Assembly: GCF_003790525.1 (NCBI RefSeq)
Contig: NZ_CP033635.1
Length of the DNA: 64,000 nucleotides
Source: Escherichia coli
GTDB lineage: Bacteria > Pseudomonadota > Gammaproteobacteria > Enterobacterales > Enterobacteriaceae
Reading direction: 5' to 3' (one strand)
Shown here piece after piece: positions 14,487 through 33,506 of the stretch. The first letter of the stretch is position 1. Every line of letters starts with the position of its first letter. The notes beneath the pieces were generated by a model. It did no database searches and was not told the origin of the DNA. It saw only the letters and a list, made by a program, of their open reading frames with translations. The position numbers were made by a program, and so were the translations under genes.

Positions 14487-14885
14487 TTACTTAACCATCT
14501 GCTCCAGCTTTTCGCGCAATTCCCCTTCCAGAGCTAATGCTTTCTGCGTTTTAAGATCAATACAAACAAACGTAATAAGCGCATCCGCTACTACCTGCCC
14601 TTCCGGCTCCAGTGTAATGACCTGGCTTAAGATGCCACTTTTACCGTTTAATTGCTGCAACTGACTGGTAATAGTTAACAGGTCGCTTAATACCGCCGGG
14701 CGACGATAGTTAATATTGATATTGACCACGACGAAGGCGATGTTATGGGCCGTCATCCACTGAAAACTGTCGCTATTTTCCAACCCATCCCAGCGGGCTT
14801 CTTCGAGAAATTCAAGGTAGCGGGCGTTGTTTACGTGCTGGTAAACGTCGAGATGATATCCACGAACTTTGATTTGTGTTTGCAT
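14487..14885 (-). CDS. fadM: long-chain acyl-CoA thioesterase III FadM
   Basis: 132 aa hot-dog fold thioesterase; synteny. Confidence 0.9.
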   Translation of the reverse strand: MQTQIKVRGYHLDVYQHVNNARYLEFLEEARWDGLENSDSFQWMTAHNIAFVVVNININYRRPAVLSDLLTITSQLQQLNGKSGILSQVITLEPEGQVVADALITFVCIDLKTQKALALEGELREKLEQMVK

Positions 14886-14938
14886 AGCGCAATAACCTTA
14901 CGTTGTTTTTATAAAAACTGTTATAAGTACAGAGGTCA

Positions 14939-17384
<2,446 letters not shown>

Positions 17385-17575
17385 GGTGTAACAACACTCC
17401 GCTGTAGATGACTGTGTACCTCACGCAACGTATCGATGCGCGCAAAGGCCTATTGTGACAAGAAACGGGGGCAATTGTCAGCCCACAAGACGCAGAAAGT
17501 CACCGATTACAAATAAAAAAGGCACATCAGTAGATGCGCCCTTGAACTTCGTCACATCCCCACTGGGGACAACGC

Positions 17576-17848
17576 TTAGTTTACCGCGTCTTTCAGTGCT
17601 TTACCTGCACGGAAGCTCGGTACTTTAGCGGCAGCGATGGTGATCTCTTTACCGGTCTGCGGGTTGCGGCCAGTACGGGCAGCACGCTCTTTAACGGCAA
17701 AAGTACCAAAACCTACCAGTGCTACATCATCCCCTTCTTTCAGAGATTCAGTTACGGAAGCAATAATAGCATCTAACGCACGGCCAGCCGCAGCTTTAGA
17801 GATATCAGCCCCTGCAGCAATCTTGTCGATCAATTGAGATTTATTCAC
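17576..17848 (-). CDS. hupB: DNA-binding protein HU-beta
   Basis: 90 aa; [11 protein letters not shown]... classic HU sequence. Confidence 0.97.
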
Positions 17849-17987
17849 TCTTCTCTTCCTCTTTATAATTTATATCGCACTTGAATCCTTCAAGGTACGA
17901 ACGCGCAGCAGTTATATCAGGCCAGCCATCCCCTTACAACACCCCTTAATAAGGGCAAGCCCAATCCGCCATCTAACTTAGCGAGAC

Positions 17988-18035
17988 AAAAAAAGGCTGG
18001 CAAGTCCGAATTAGCCTGCCAGCCCTGTTTTTATT
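17988..18035 (-). terminator. rho-independent terminator downstream of lon
   Basis: GGCTGGCA...TGCCAGCC hairpin flanked by A7 and T5. Confidence 0.75.
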
Positions 18036-18056
18036 AGTGCATTTTGCGCGAGGTCA

Positions 18057-20411
18057 CTATTTTGCAGTCACAACCTGCATGCCAGACGGTTCATTTTGCA
18101 GCGCCAGAGTCAGAACTTCCTCAATGCGTTTCACAGGATGAATATCCAGATCGGCAATTACGTTGTCAGGAATCTCTTCCAGATCGCGTTTATTTTCGAA
18201 CGGAATTAACACTGTTTTAATCCCGCCGCGATGCGCTGCCAGTAGTTTTTCTTTCAAACCACCGATAGGCAGTACCTGACCACGCAGAGTGATCTCACCG
18301 GTCATTGCCACATCGGCACGAACCGGGTTACCGGTCAGGCAAGAAACCAGCGCGGTGCACATAGCAATACCGGCACTCGGACCATCTTTCGGCGTCGCAC
18401 CTTCCGGTACGTGGACGTGGATGTCGCGTTTTTCATAAAAATCAGGGTTGATCCCCAGTTTTTCCGCACGCGCACGAACCACCGTTAACGCCGCCTGAAT
18501 GGACTCCTGCATCACTTCGCCAAGCGATCCGGTATAGGTCAGTTTGCCTTTACCCGGAACGCACGCGGTTTCAATGGTCAGCAAGTCACCGCCCACTTCC
18601 GTCCACGCCAGACCAGTTACCTGACCGACACGGTTTTCGTTATCCGCGCGACCATAGTCGAAACGCTGAACACCGAGATAGTCATGCAGGTTATCGCCGT
18701 TAATTTCGATATGTTTTAATGACTTATCGAGCAGTAACTGCTTAACCGCTTTGCGACACAGTTTGGAGATTTCACGCTCCAGACCACGCACGCCCGCCTC
18801 ACGGGTGTAGTAACGAATAATGCCGATAATGGCGCTATCGTCGACGGTCAGCTCACCTTTTTTCAGTGCATTACGTTCAATCTGCTTCGGCAGCAGGTGA
18901 CGTTTGGCGATGTTCAGTTTTTCATCTTCGGTATAACCGGAGAGGCGAATCACTTCCATACGATCCAGCAGCGGTGCCGGAATGTTCATGGAGTTCGACG
19001 TCGCGACAAACATCACGTCGCTAAGGTCGTAATCCACTTCCAGGTAGTGGTCGCTGAACGCTACGTTCTGCTCTGGATCCAGCACTTCAAGCAGTGCGGA
19101 AGCCGGATCGCCTCGCATGTCAGAAGACATTTTGTCGATCTCATCGAGCAGGAACAGCGGGTTTTTCACGCCCACTTTCGCCATTTTCTGGATCAGTTTA
19201 CCCGGCATAGAACCGATGTAAGTACGGCGGTGACCACGGATTTCCGCTTCATCACGCACGCCGCCCAGCGCCATACGGACATATTTACGCCCGGTGGCTT
19301 TGGCGATGGACTGCCCCAGGGACGTTTTACCTACCCCCGGTGGCCCTACCAGGCAGAGGATCGGTCCCTTGATTTTGTTGACACGGCTTTGAACCGCAAG
19401 ATACTCAAGGATGCGATCTTTCACGCGCTCCAGACCATAATGGTCGGTATCAAGGATTTCCTGCGCCTGACGCAGGTCTTTTTTGACCTTGCTACGCGCA
19501 TTCCACGGTACCTGTACCATCCAGTCGATATAACCACGCACTACGGTCGCTTCTGCCGACATCGGAGACATCATTTTCAGCTTCTGCAACTCTGCTTCCG
19601 CTTTCTCTTTTGCCTCTTTCGGCATTTTCGCCGCGTCGATTTTGCGCTTCAGGGCTTCGTTTTCGTCCGGCGCGTCGTCCATTTCACCGAGTTCTTTCTG
19701 AATAGCTTTCATTTGCTCGTTCAGATAGTACTCACGCTGGGATTTCTCCATCTGCTTTTTAACACGGTTGCGAATGCGTTTCTCAACCTGCAGCAGATCG
19801 ATTTCCGATTCCATCATTGCCATCAGATATTCCAGACGTTCGTTAACGTCGGACATCTCCAGAACGGACTGTTTGTCAGCCAGTTTCAGCGGCATATGTG
19901 CAGCAATGGTATCCGCCAGACGCGCCGGATCGTCGATGCTATTCAGCGACGTCAGCACTTCTGGTGGAATTTTTTTGTTCAGCTTGATGTAGCCTTCGAA
20001 CTGGCTGATTGCAGTACGCACCAGCACTTCCTGTTCCCGCTCATCAATGGTCGGCGACTCCAGATACTCCGCCTTCGCAGAAAAGTGTTCGCCATTGTCA
20101 GAGAGCGCAGAAATACGCGCGCGCTGTAACCCCTCGACCAGCACTTTGACGGTGCCGTCAGGCAGTTTCAGCATCTGCAATATAGAGGCCACGGTCCCGA
20201 CGGTGAAAAGATCGTTTACACCCGGCTCATCCGTTGAAGCTTCTTTCTGCGCGACCAGCATAATTTTTTTATCATGGTCCATCGCCGCTTCCAGACAACG
20301 GATAGATTTTTCCCGCCCGACAAATAAGGGGATGACCATGTGCGGATAAACCACCACATCGCGCAGCGGCAATACGGGGATTTCAATGCGTTCAGAACGC
20401 TCAGGATTCAT
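18057..20411 (-). CDS. lon: ATP-dependent Lon protease
   Basis: ORF 18057..20456; start [16 protein letters not shown] gives 784 aa; Walker [10 protein letters not shown]; catalytic Ser in DGPSAG. Confidence 0.97.
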   Translation of the reverse strand: MNPERSERIEIPVLPLRDVVVYPHMVIPLFVGREKSIRCLEAAMDHDKKIMLVAQKEASTDEPGVNDLFTVGTVASILQMLKLPDGTVKVLVEGLQRARISALSDNGEHFSAKAEYLESPTIDEREQEVLVRTAISQFEGYIKLNKKIPPEVLTSLNSIDDPARLADTIAAHMPLKLADKQSVLEMSDVNERLEYLMAMMESEIDLLQVEKRIRNRVKKQMEKSQREYYLNEQMKAIQKELGEMDDAPDENEALKRKIDAAKMPKEAKEKAEAELQKLKMMSPMSAEATVVRGYIDWMVQVPWNARSKVKKDLRQAQEILDTDHYGLERVKDRILEYLAVQSRVNKIKGPILCLVGPPGVGKTSLGQSIAKATGRKYVRMALGGVRDEAEIRGHRRTYIGSMPGKLIQKMAKVGVKNPLFLLDEIDKMSSDMRGDPASALLEVLDPEQNVAFSDHYLEVDYDLSDVMFVATSNSMNIPAPLLDRMEVIRLSGYTEDEKLNIAKRHLLPKQIERNALKKGELTVDDSAIIGIIRYYTREAGVRGLEREISKLCRKAVKQLLLDKSLKHIEINGDNLHDYLGVQRFDYGRADNENRVGQVTGLAWTEVGGDLLTIETACVPGKGKLTYTGSLGEVMQESIQAALTVVRARAEKLGINPDFYEKRDIHVHVPEGATPKDGPSAGIAMCTALVSCLTGNPVRADVAMTGEITLRGQVLPIGGLKEKLLAAHRGGIKTVLIPFENKRDLEEIPDNVIADLDIHPVKRIEEVLTLALQNEPSGMQVVTAK

Positions 20412-20495
20412 AGAGCTCTCTCTTAGTTTAATTTCCGCCAGGTAATCAGATGACACGACTGTGCTTCACGCCATCTATTAACATGTACGTCAGTA

Positions 20496-20521
20496 TATGG
20501 GGATGTTTCCCCCACATTCAA
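20496..20521 (-). promoter_or_regulatory. sigma32 heat-shock promoter of lon
   Basis: Minus strand reads TTGAA-N(13-14)-CCCCATAT upstream of lon. Confidence 0.75.
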
Positions 20522-20598
20522 CGCCGAGAATAGAGGAAAAATTAAAGGGGAGATAAAATCCCCCCTTTTTGGTTAACTAATTGTATGGGAATGGTTAA

Positions 20599-21873
20599 TT
20601 ATTCACCAGATGCCTGTTGCGCTTCCGGCTTGCCATAAATCAGCAACGGCTTGCTTTGACCATCAATTACCGATTCGTCGATAACCACTTTTTCGACGTC
20701 TTCCATGGACGGCAGATCGTACATGGTATCGAGCAGTGCGGCTTCTACGATGGAACGCAGGCCACGGGCACCGGTTTTACGCGCCATCGCTTTCTTAGCG
20801 ATAGCATCCAGCGCCTCGTCACGGAATTCCAGATCCACACCTTCCAGATTAAACAGCGCCTGATACTGCTTGGTCAGGGCGTTTTTCGGCTCTTTGAGGA
20901 TCTGAATCAGAGCTTCTTCGCTCAGTTCATTCAACGTTGCGACAACCGGCAGACGACCAATGAACTCAGGGATCAGACCAAACTTGATCAGATCTTCCGG
21001 TTCAACCTGCGCCAGCAGTTCACCTTCGCTTGCTTTGTCGGACTTCGCTTTTACCGTCGCGCCAAAACCAATGCCGGAACCGGTTTCTACTCGATGGGAA
21101 ATCACTTTATCCAGACCGGCAAACGCACCGCCACAGATAAACAGGATCTTAGAGGTATCAACCTGCAAGAATTCCTGCTGCGGATGTTTACGCCCACCTT
21201 GCGGCGGAACAGCAGCTACCGTACCTTCGATCAGTTTTAACAGTGCCTGCTGTACGCCTTCACCGGAAACGTCTCGGGTAATGGACGGGTTGTCTGACTT
21301 ACGAGAAATCTTGTCAATTTCATCGATGTAGACAATCCCGCGCTGCGCTTTCTGTACGTCGTAATCGCACTTCTGCAACAGCTTCTGAATGATGTTTTCA
21401 ACGTCTTCGCCCACATAACCGGCTTCGGTCAGCGTGGTTGCGTCAGCCATGGTGAACGGAACGTCCAGCAGGCGCGCCAGCGTTTCGGCCAGCAGCGTTT
21501 TACCGGAACCGGTCGGACCGATCAGCAGAATGTTACTTTTGCCCAACTCGACGCCATTGCTGGTATCTCCGTTGCGCAGACGTTTGTAGTGGTTGTATAC
21601 CGCGACCGCCAGCACTTTTTTCGCCTGTTCCTGACCGATAACGTAATCGTCCAGGTGGTTGCGAATTTCATGCGGCGTCGGTAGCGCACTGCGTTCACGA
21701 TGCGGTGCAACTTCTTTAATCTCTTCGCGAATGATGTCGTTACATAAATCAACACATTCGTCGCAGATATACACGGATGGACCGGCAATCAGCTTGCGCA
21801 CTTCATGCTGGCTTTTGCCGCAAAAAGAGCAATACAGCAATTTGCCTGAGCCATCTTTGCGTTTATCTGTCAT
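20599..21873 (-). CDS. clpX: ATP-dependent Clp protease ATPase subunit ClpX
   Basis: 424 aa; N-terminal zinc finger CSFCGK...CDEC; Walker A GPTGSGKT. Confidence 0.97.
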
Positions 21874-21998
21874 GGGTCAAAACCTCTTCTTTGTTCTTTG
21901 TGCCGCACACGACGACGCAAATGCCATTCTCAGGCGCAAGCCGCTTACAGCGTTGTGCCGCCCTGGATAAGTATAGCGGCACAGTTGCGCCTCTGGCA

Positions 21999-22622
21999 TC
22001 AATTACGATGGGTCAGAATCGAATCGACCAGACCGTATTCCACCGCTTCAGGGGCGGAAAGGAAGCGATCGCGCTCGGTATCACGTTCAATCTGTTCTAA
22101 TGATTGACCCGTATGAAGCGCCATAAGTTCATTCATGCGCCCTTTAACTTTCAGAATTTCACGGGCATGAATTTCGATATCGGTCGCCTGGCCCTGGTAG
22201 CCGCCCAACGGCTGGTGAATCATCACGCGCGAATTCGGCAGGCAGAAACGTTTACCTTTTGCCCCTGCAGTCAGCAAGAAAGCGCCCATCGAGGCCGCCT
22301 GGCCCATACAGATGGTGCTGACATCAGGCTTGATAAACTGCATGGTGTCATAGATAGACATCCCGGCAGTAATCACCCCGCCTGGAGAGTTAATGTACAG
22401 ATAGATATCTTTTTCTGGGTTTTCTGCTTCCAGGAACAGCATCTGCGCCACAATCAGGTTAGCCATGTGGTCTTCAACCTGGCCAGTCAGAAAAATGACG
22501 CGTTCCTTAAGTAGACGAGAATAGATATCAAAAGAGCGCTCACCTCGTGAGGTCTGTTCAATGACCATCGGCACCAGCGCCATATGGGGTGCAAAGTTAT
22601 CTCGTTCGCCGCTGTATGACAT
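21999..22622 (-). CDS. clpP: ATP-dependent Clp protease proteolytic subunit ClpP
   Basis: 207 aa; catalytic Ser motif GQAASMGA. Confidence 0.97.
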   Translation of the reverse strand: MSYSGERDNFAPHMALVPMVIEQTSRGERSFDIYSRLLKERVIFLTGQVEDHMANLIVAQMLFLEAENPEKDIYLYINSPGGVITAGMSIYDTMQFIKPDVSTICMGQAASMGAFLLTAGAKGKRFCLPNSRVMIHQPLGGYQGQATDIEIHAREILKVKGRMNELMALHTGQSLEQIERDTERDRFLSAPEAVEYGLVDSILTHRN

Positions 22623-22800
22623 TTCCGTCTCCTGGATAAAATTGAAAAAACCTGCTGTACCGATTGTAACCTTATGGACGGATTATCAGCTAGTCCCTGT
22701 GTTATGGGTACGGCATCACCATATTTCAAGCATAACAATCTTTTGTTGTTACGCTAACACCGAAAGAGGCTTTTCGCACGGTTCCATGCAAAATTCATGA

Positions 22801-22840
22801 CAAAAAAAAGCCCACCACCTGGCGGTGACGGGCCTTTGTG
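22801..22840 (-). terminator. rho-independent terminator downstream of tig
   Basis: On minus strand a GC-rich hairpin followed by T8. Confidence 0.7.
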
Positions 22841-22867
22841 CGAATTTAGCGCGTTATGCTGCGTAAA

Positions 22868-24175
<1,308 letters not shown>

Positions 24176-24435
24176 TCAAAAAATCACAGTGCTCGGTCAA
24201 CTCTTACCCCGCAAGCACAGGTTGTTGGCTTCGCGGAACCGGGATGTTCTTATAATCAATCACATTCCCTGTTACCAGAATCATCCCGAAAGCATTCAAA
24301 TAGGACGCGGCATTATAGCGGCATCACTTTTATGAGTCGAGAACGGTTATTGCGCGCTGTCGCGTATTTTTTCACAATTCCCGGGCAATTTTCGTCTGAA
24401 TGCTGGGCAAAAAGCGCAAAATCCAGACAAAACAA

Positions 24436-24462
24436 AACGGCCCGCAGGCCGTTTTTCATAAA
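24436..24462 (-). terminator. terminator hairpin downstream of bolA
   Basis: ACGGCC-CGCA-GGCCGT hairpin with flanking T/A runs. Confidence 0.65.
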
Positions 24463-24509
24463 ATCTTTAGCAACATACTGGAAAAGCGCCGACAGTTGCA
24501 AATGCGTTT

Positions 24510-24827
24510 TTACGCGATGCTTCCTGCTCCACGACAGGGAGGAGAGGCAAAGACGGTGTCCTGCAACCCTTCCCACTCCTTAATAGTGTAAGTATGCAGA
24601 GCCAGCGCATGAACGGTAGTAGAGAGTTCCTCCGCTAAAGTACTGTAAATCATTCGATGACGATTCAGAAAACGTTCACCCGTAAAACGATCGCTGACCA
24701 GCACAACTTTAAAATGGCTTTCAGAGCCGGCTGGGACATTGTGACGATAGCTTTCATCCACTACTTCGAGGAATACGGGTTGGAACGCCGCCCTTAATTT
24801 TTCTTCTATCCGCTCACGTATCATCAT
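24510..24827 (-). CDS. bolA: transcriptional regulator BolA
   Basis: ORF 24510..24860; start [11 protein letters not shown] gives 105 aa. Confidence 0.9.
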
Positions 24828-25131
24828 GAAATATCTCCTCCGACAACGCTGAGATGTCATCCATCCCTTTAAATACTAGCCGCTTTTACCGTTTCCATTG
24901 CAGCTTAACAACAAATATTTAGGTTTCGTCCTGGTTTTTCCGTCAAGCGTATGAAGTTTACTGATTTAAAGATTGAAACACAGGCCTCGCATCAGCGTTT
25001 CTTTTACCAGGGGCGATTATTTCGTCAACATGATGAATTTACATGCCTTACCCACTTCCCCTCGCCGTTGGCAATGTTATGATGGCGGGAATTTTTACCA
25101 AACACGCTTAAGAGTCTCTGAGAGCCCGAAC

Positions 25132-25710
25132 ATGTTCAAAAAAATCCTCTTCCCGTTAGTTGCTCTGTTTATGCTTGCAGGATGCGCAAAACCGCCAACA
25201 ACTATTGAAGTTTCACCGACGATAACACTGCCACAGCAGGATCCAAGCCTGATGGGCGTCACCGTAAGCATTAATGGTGCCGATCAGCGTACCGATCAGG
25301 CGCTGGCAAAAGTCACCCGCGATAATCAAATCGTTACCCTGACCGCCTCCCGCGATCTGCGTTTCCTGCTGCAAGAAGTGCTGGAAAAACAGATGACCGC
25401 GCGTGGTTACATGGTTGGTCCGAATGGCCCGGTTAATCTGCAAATCATCGTTAGCCAACTGTATGCTGACGTGTCCCAGGGCAACGTGCGCTATAACATC
25501 GCCACCAAAGCGGATATCGCTATCATCGCTACCGCGCAGAATGGCAACAAAATGACCAAAAACTATCGTGCCAGCTACAACGTTGAAGGTGCGTTCCAGG
25601 CCTCCAACAAAAATATCGCCGATGCGGTTAACAGTGTGCTGACCGATACCATCGCTGATATGTCTCAGGACACCAGCATCCACGAATTCATCAAGCAGAA
25701 CGCGCGTTAA
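25132..25710 (+). CDS. yajG: lipoprotein YajG
   Basis: ORF 24973..25710; internal Met MFKKILFPLVALFMLAGC (lipobox) gives 192 aa. Confidence 0.85.
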   Translation: MFKKILFPLVALFMLAGCAKPPTTIEVSPTITLPQQDPSLMGVTVSINGADQRTDQALAKVTRDNQIVTLTASRDLRFLLQEVLEKQMTARGYMVGPNGPVNLQIIVSQLYADVSQGNVRYNIATKADIAIIATAQNGNKMTKNYRASYNVEGAFQASNKNIADAVNSVLTDTIADMSQDTSIHEFIKQNAR

Positions 25711-25753
25711 TTTCTGCCCTCTGGCCCGGTGCAAGTCGGGCCTGTAGACGCCC

Positions 25754-27229
25754 ATGTCCAGTCAATATTTACGTATTTTTCAACAGCCGCGTTCAGCCAT
25801 ATTGCTGATTCTGGGTTTTGCTTCCGGGCTACCGCTCGCCCTGACATCCGGCACCTTACAGGCCTGGATGACGGTCGAGAATATCGATCTTAAAACCATT
25901 GGTTTCTTCTCTCTGGTAGGCCAGGCTTACGTTTTTAAATTCCTCTGGTCACCACTGATGGACCGCTACACGCCCCCATTTTTCGGGCGGCGGCGCGGTT
26001 GGCTGCTCGCCACGCAAATTCTGTTATTAGTCGCCATTGCGGCGATGGGTTTTCTCGAACCAGGCACCCAGCTCCGCTGGATGGCGGCACTGGCGGTGGT
26101 GATCGCTTTTTGCTCTGCCTCCCAGGATATTGTCTTCGATGCGTGGAAAACCGATGTGCTCCCGGCAGAAGAACGTGGTGCGGGCGCGGCAATCAGCGTG
26201 CTGGGTTACCGTTTAGGGATGCTGGTTTCCGGCGGCTTAGCCCTGTGGCTGGCAGATAAATGGCTGGGCTGGCAGGGCATGTACTGGTTGATGGCGGCGC
26301 TGTTGATCCCCTGTATTATCGCGACGTTGCTTGCACCAGAACCCACCGACACCATTCCTGTGCCCAAAACGCTGGAACAAGCGGTTGTTGCACCTCTGCG
26401 CGATTTCTTTGGTCGCAATAATGCCTGGCTTATTTTGCTTCTTATCGTGCTGTATAAGCTGGGCGACGCATTCGCTATGAGCCTGACAACCACGTTTTTG
26501 ATTCGCGGCGTCGGGTTTGATGCGGGTGAAGTAGGCGTGGTTAACAAAACGCTTGGCTTACTGGCGACCATTGTTGGCGCATTGTACGGTGGGATTTTGA
26601 TGCAGCGCCTGTCGCTGTTCCGTGCACTGCTGATTTTCGGCATTTTACAAGGTGCATCTAACGCCGGTTACTGGCTGCTGTCGATTACTGATAAGCATCT
26701 CTACAGCATGGGTGCAGCCGTCTTTTTCGAAAACCTCTGTGGCGGGATGGGTACATCAGCCTTTGTCGCGCTGTTAATGACGCTGTGTAATAAGTCATTT
26801 TCCGCTACTCAATTTGCCCTGCTCTCAGCGCTTTCTGCTGTAGGGCGAGTTTATGTCGGCCCCGTGGCGGGTTGGTTTGTTGAAGCACACGGCTGGTCGA
26901 CATTCTATCTGTTCTCCGTCGCCGCTGCCGTACCAGGGCTTATTTTACTGCTGATTTGTCGCCAGACGCTTGAATATACACGAGTAAATGACAACTTTAT
27001 CTCCCGTACCGAATATCCGGCAGGTTATGCCTTTGCCATGTGGACACTGGCGGCGGGCGTCAGCCTGTTGGCCGTGTGGTTACTGCTGTTGACGATGGAC
27101 GCGCTGGATTTGACGCACTTCTCTTTCCTGCCTGCTCTGCTGGAAGTCGGGGTTTTAGTCGCCCTTTCTGGCGTCGTGCTTGGTGGTTTACTGGATTATC
27201 TGGCGCTACGAAAAACGCATCTGACGTAA
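25754..27229 (+). CDS. ampG: muropeptide permease AmpG (MFS)
   Basis: 491 aa polytopic MFS protein; synteny. Confidence 0.95.
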   Translation: MSSQYLRIFQQPRSAILLILGFASGLPLALTSGTLQAWMTVENIDLKTIGFFSLVGQAYVFKFLWSPLMDRYTPPFFGRRRGWLLATQILLLVAIAAMGFLEPGTQLRWMAALAVVIAFCSASQDIVFDAWKTDVLPAEERGAGAAISVLGYRLGMLVSGGLALWLADKWLGWQGMYWLMAALLIPCIIATLLAPEPTDTIPVPKTLEQAVVAPLRDFFGRNNAWLILLLIVLYKLGDAFAMSLTTTFLIRGVGFDAGEVGVVNKTLGLLATIVGALYGGILMQRLSLFRALLIFGILQGASNAGYWLLSITDKHLYSMGAAVFFENLCGGMGTSAFVALLMTLCNKSFSATQFALLSALSAVGRVYVGPVAGWFVEAHGWSTFYLFSVAAAVPGLILLLICRQTLEYTRVNDNFISRTEYPAGYAFAMWTLAAGVSLLAVWLLLLTMDALDLTHFSFLPALLEVGVLVALSGVVLGGLLDYLALRKTHLT

Positions 27230-27685
27230 TCTGTAAATATTATTTAGCTGTAGTAATCACTCGCCGTAATTATTACGGCTAAATAAACATCAGCATCGCT
27301 TATTAATATTTGTTCTTTTGTGCGGCTTAGCGTCTGGAAATTATTGACGCTATTTATGAATTCTATTTTTCTTACACGATTCAGCAAATGAGTCTTTATT
27401 TTCTCACTACCAAGTTGTCACCTTAATGATAATTATTTGTTAAATAATTGTTTTATTTCGCATTGGTTATACCAATTGCCCGCCCAGACTCCTTCTGCAC
27501 TCCCCTTTTGTTATAACGCCCTTTTGCAACAGCTTCTTAAAATCAATCCGATATGTTTTGCAACATATGTGACCTGGAAGCCAAATCCAAGTAACAGGAA
27601 TTTAATCATGTTTACAGTAATGTAACCTTCCCGTAAAATGCCCACACACTTTAAACGCCACCAGATCCCGTGGAATTGAGGTCGT

Positions 27686-28636
<951 letters not shown>

Positions 28637-28645
28637 AGGGGTTGA

Positions 28646-31582
<2,937 letters not shown>

Positions 31583-31593
31583 GAGCGGCGGTT

Positions 31594-32484
31594 ATGATGT
31601 TTAAGCAATACCTGCAAGTAACGAAACCAGGCATCATCTTTGGCAACCTGATCTCGGTGATTGGGGGATTCCTGCTGGCCTCAAAGGGCAGCATTGATTA
31701 TCCCCTGTTTATCTACACGCTGGTTGGGGTGTCACTGGTTGTGGCGTCGGGTTGTGTGTTTAACAACTACATCGACAGGGATATCGACAGAAAGATGGAA
31801 AGGACGAAGAATCGGGTGCTGGTTAAAGGCCTGATCTCTCCTGCTGTCTCGCTGGTGTACGCCACCTTGCTGGGTATTGCTGGCTTTATGCTGCTGTGGT
31901 TTGGCGCGAATCCGCTGGCCTGCTGGCTGGGGGTGATGGGCTTTGTGGTTTATGTCGGCGTCTACAGCCTGTACATGAAACGCCACTCGGTCTACGGCAC
32001 ATTGATTGGTTCGCTCTCCGGCGCAGCACCGCCAGTGATCGGCTACTGTGCGGTAACCGGCGAGTTCGATAGCGGCGCAGCAATCCTGCTGGCTATCTTC
32101 AGCCTGTGGCAGATGCCTCATTCTTATGCCATCGCCATTTTCCGCTTTAAGGATTATCAGGCCGCAAACATTCCGGTACTGCCGGTGGTGAAAGGCATTT
32201 CGGTGGCGAAGAATCACATCACGCTGTATATCATCGCCTTTGCCGTTGCCACGCTGATGCTCTCTCTTGGCGGTTACGCTGGGTATAAATATCTGGTGGT
32301 CGCCGCGGCGGTGAGCGTCTGGTGGTTAGGTATGGCCCTGCGCGGTTATAAAGTTGCTGATGATCGAATCTGGGCGCGCAAGCTGTTCGGCTTCTCTATC
32401 ATCGCCATCACTGCCCTCTCGGTGATGATGTCCGTTGATTTTATGGTGCCGGACTCGCATACGCTGCTGGCTGCTGTGTGGTAA
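31594..32484 (+). CDS. cyoE: heme O synthase (protoheme IX farnesyltransferase)
   Basis: ORF 31549..32484; start [14 protein letters not shown] gives 296 aa; UbiA-family prenyltransferase. Confidence 0.95.
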
Positions 32485-32498
32485 TACAACCTCTCTAT

Positions 32499-32527
32499 AA
32501 AAAAGGTGCTACGGCACCTTTTTTATT
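32499..32527 (+). terminator. rho-independent terminator of the cyo operon
   Basis: AAAAAAGGTGC-TACG-GCACCTTTTTTATT. Confidence 0.85.
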
Positions 32528-32537
32528 GTCTGAGATC

Positions 32538-32564
32538 AGAGATACGGCTAATAACCGTATCTCT
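32538..32564. promoter_or_regulatory. palindromic operator candidate 1 (AGAGATACGG-N7-CCGTATCTCT)
   Basis: Perfect 10-bp-arm inverted repeat just upstream of the -35 box. Confidence 0.5.
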
Positions 32565-32593
32565 TGACAGAGTGAGCATATGCACATAAATTA
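32565..32593 (+). promoter_or_regulatory. sigma70-like promoter of the DUF1778/GNAT operon
   Basis: TTGACA, ~16-17 nt spacer, TAAATT; sits between two related palindromes. Confidence 0.55.
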
Positions 32594-32598
32594 ATCAC

Positions 32599-32613
32599 AC
32601 GGTTGATAGCCGT
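32599..32613. promoter_or_regulatory. palindromic operator candidate 2 (ACGG-N7-CCGT, shares GCCGTAT half-site)
   Basis: Second related inverted repeat just downstream of the -10 box. Confidence 0.45.
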
Positions 32614-32668
32614 ATTATGCATGAGATCGACTCCCTACGATTTCATTCAGTTAATCAAAGAGGTCATA

Positions 32669-32980
32669 ATGCCTGGAAAAACAGTCGCTCTACCCGATAT
32701 CGATAAAACGCTGAAAAATGCGCGGGTTGAACTCAAAACCAGCCCCGACGCCAAAAACAAACTTCGTGAAGCTGCGCAAGCCGTTGGGGTAGATTTAAGC
32801 GCTTTTATTTTGAGCGCAGCTATGGAACGCGCCGAAAGTGTGCTTGATAACCAACGTCGCCGTGAGCTTTCGAATCAAAGCTGGGAACTGATGAACCAAC
32901 TCATCGCTGAACCTGCTCAACCGACGCTCGCCCTCAAGGCGTTAATGAAAAGGAAAAACAGCGATGGTCGACAAGCATGA
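32669..32980 (+). CDS. DUF1778 (TacA/AtaR-like, RHH) antitoxin of a GNAT toxin-antitoxin pair
   Basis: ORF 32603..32980; Met MPGKTVALPDID preceded by AAAGAGG Shine-Dalgarno; ~103 aa; 17-bp overlap with downstream GNAT gene; resembles TacA/AtaR-type antitoxins. Confidence 0.75.
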   Translation: MPGKTVALPDIDKTLKNARVELKTSPDAKNKLREAAQAVGVDLSAFILSAAMERAESVLDNQRRRELSNQSWELMNQLIAEPAQPTLALKALMKRKNSDGRQA

Positions 32981-33506
32981 AGAGATTACTCTGCCCATAG
33001 TCCTCTCCTGTAATTATCAGTCTGATATTACTTATCCTGGGCAAAAACAGTTTGATTGCGGTAACCCTGTTATCGATAAATTTGTACGCGCATCGCTAAA
33101 GAAAAGTGTGCGTAATAGCGACTGTGCTGCTAAAGCTCTTATTGACAGACAAAGTGGTGAACTGATTGGCATCTGTACTTTTACGGCATATTCGCTGGAA
33201 AAACAACGCGTTTCTGGCGTCCTTCAGGGTTCACAACCTTCAGAGATTGGTGTTGTCAGATTAGTCATGTTAGGGGTAGCGCGGAAATATCAAAAGCGGG
33301 GCTTTGGTCAGGACCTACTATGTGATTTTTTTGAACATGTAAAAATAATTCACCGGGCATTACCAATTAAAGGGGTTTATCTTGATGCTGACCCTGCCGC
33401 CATTAACTTTTATACTCGCCTCGGCTTTGTTCAGCTTTCAGCGAGGCCCAATGTTTTCGGTGCTGTACCGATGTTTTTAGCGATTCAGCATATTCTCGCG
33501 GCTTAG
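32964..33506 (+). CDS. GNAT-family acetyltransferase toxin (TacT/AtaT/ItaT-like, predicted aminoacyl-tRNA acetylating)
   Basis: 180 aa; N-terminal FDCG motif; acetyl-CoA binding loop RKYQKRGFGQDLL; C-terminal FYTRLGF as in AtaT-like toxins; translationally coupled to the antitoxin. Confidence 0.75.
   Translation: MVDKHEEITLPIVLSCNYQSDITYPGQKQFDCGNPVIDKFVRASLKKSVRNSDCAAKALIDRQSGELIGICTFTAYSLEKQRVSGVLQGSQPSEIGVVRLVMLGVARKYQKRGFGQDLLCDFFEHVKIIHRALPIKGVYLDADPAAINFYTRLGFVQLSARPNVFGAVPMFLAIQHILAA

Noticed and set aside
18897-20129. 410-aa ORF on the + strand
   Set aside because: Lies entirely antisense within lon; no recognisable protein features; typical spurious antisense ORF in a conserved gene.
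32603-32668. Upstream extension of the antitoxin ORF (MIAVLCMRSTPYDFIQLIKEVI)
   Set aside because: This extension would start inside the predicted promoter and operator; the Met at 32669 has a proper Shine-Dalgarno and gives a typical DUF1778 length.
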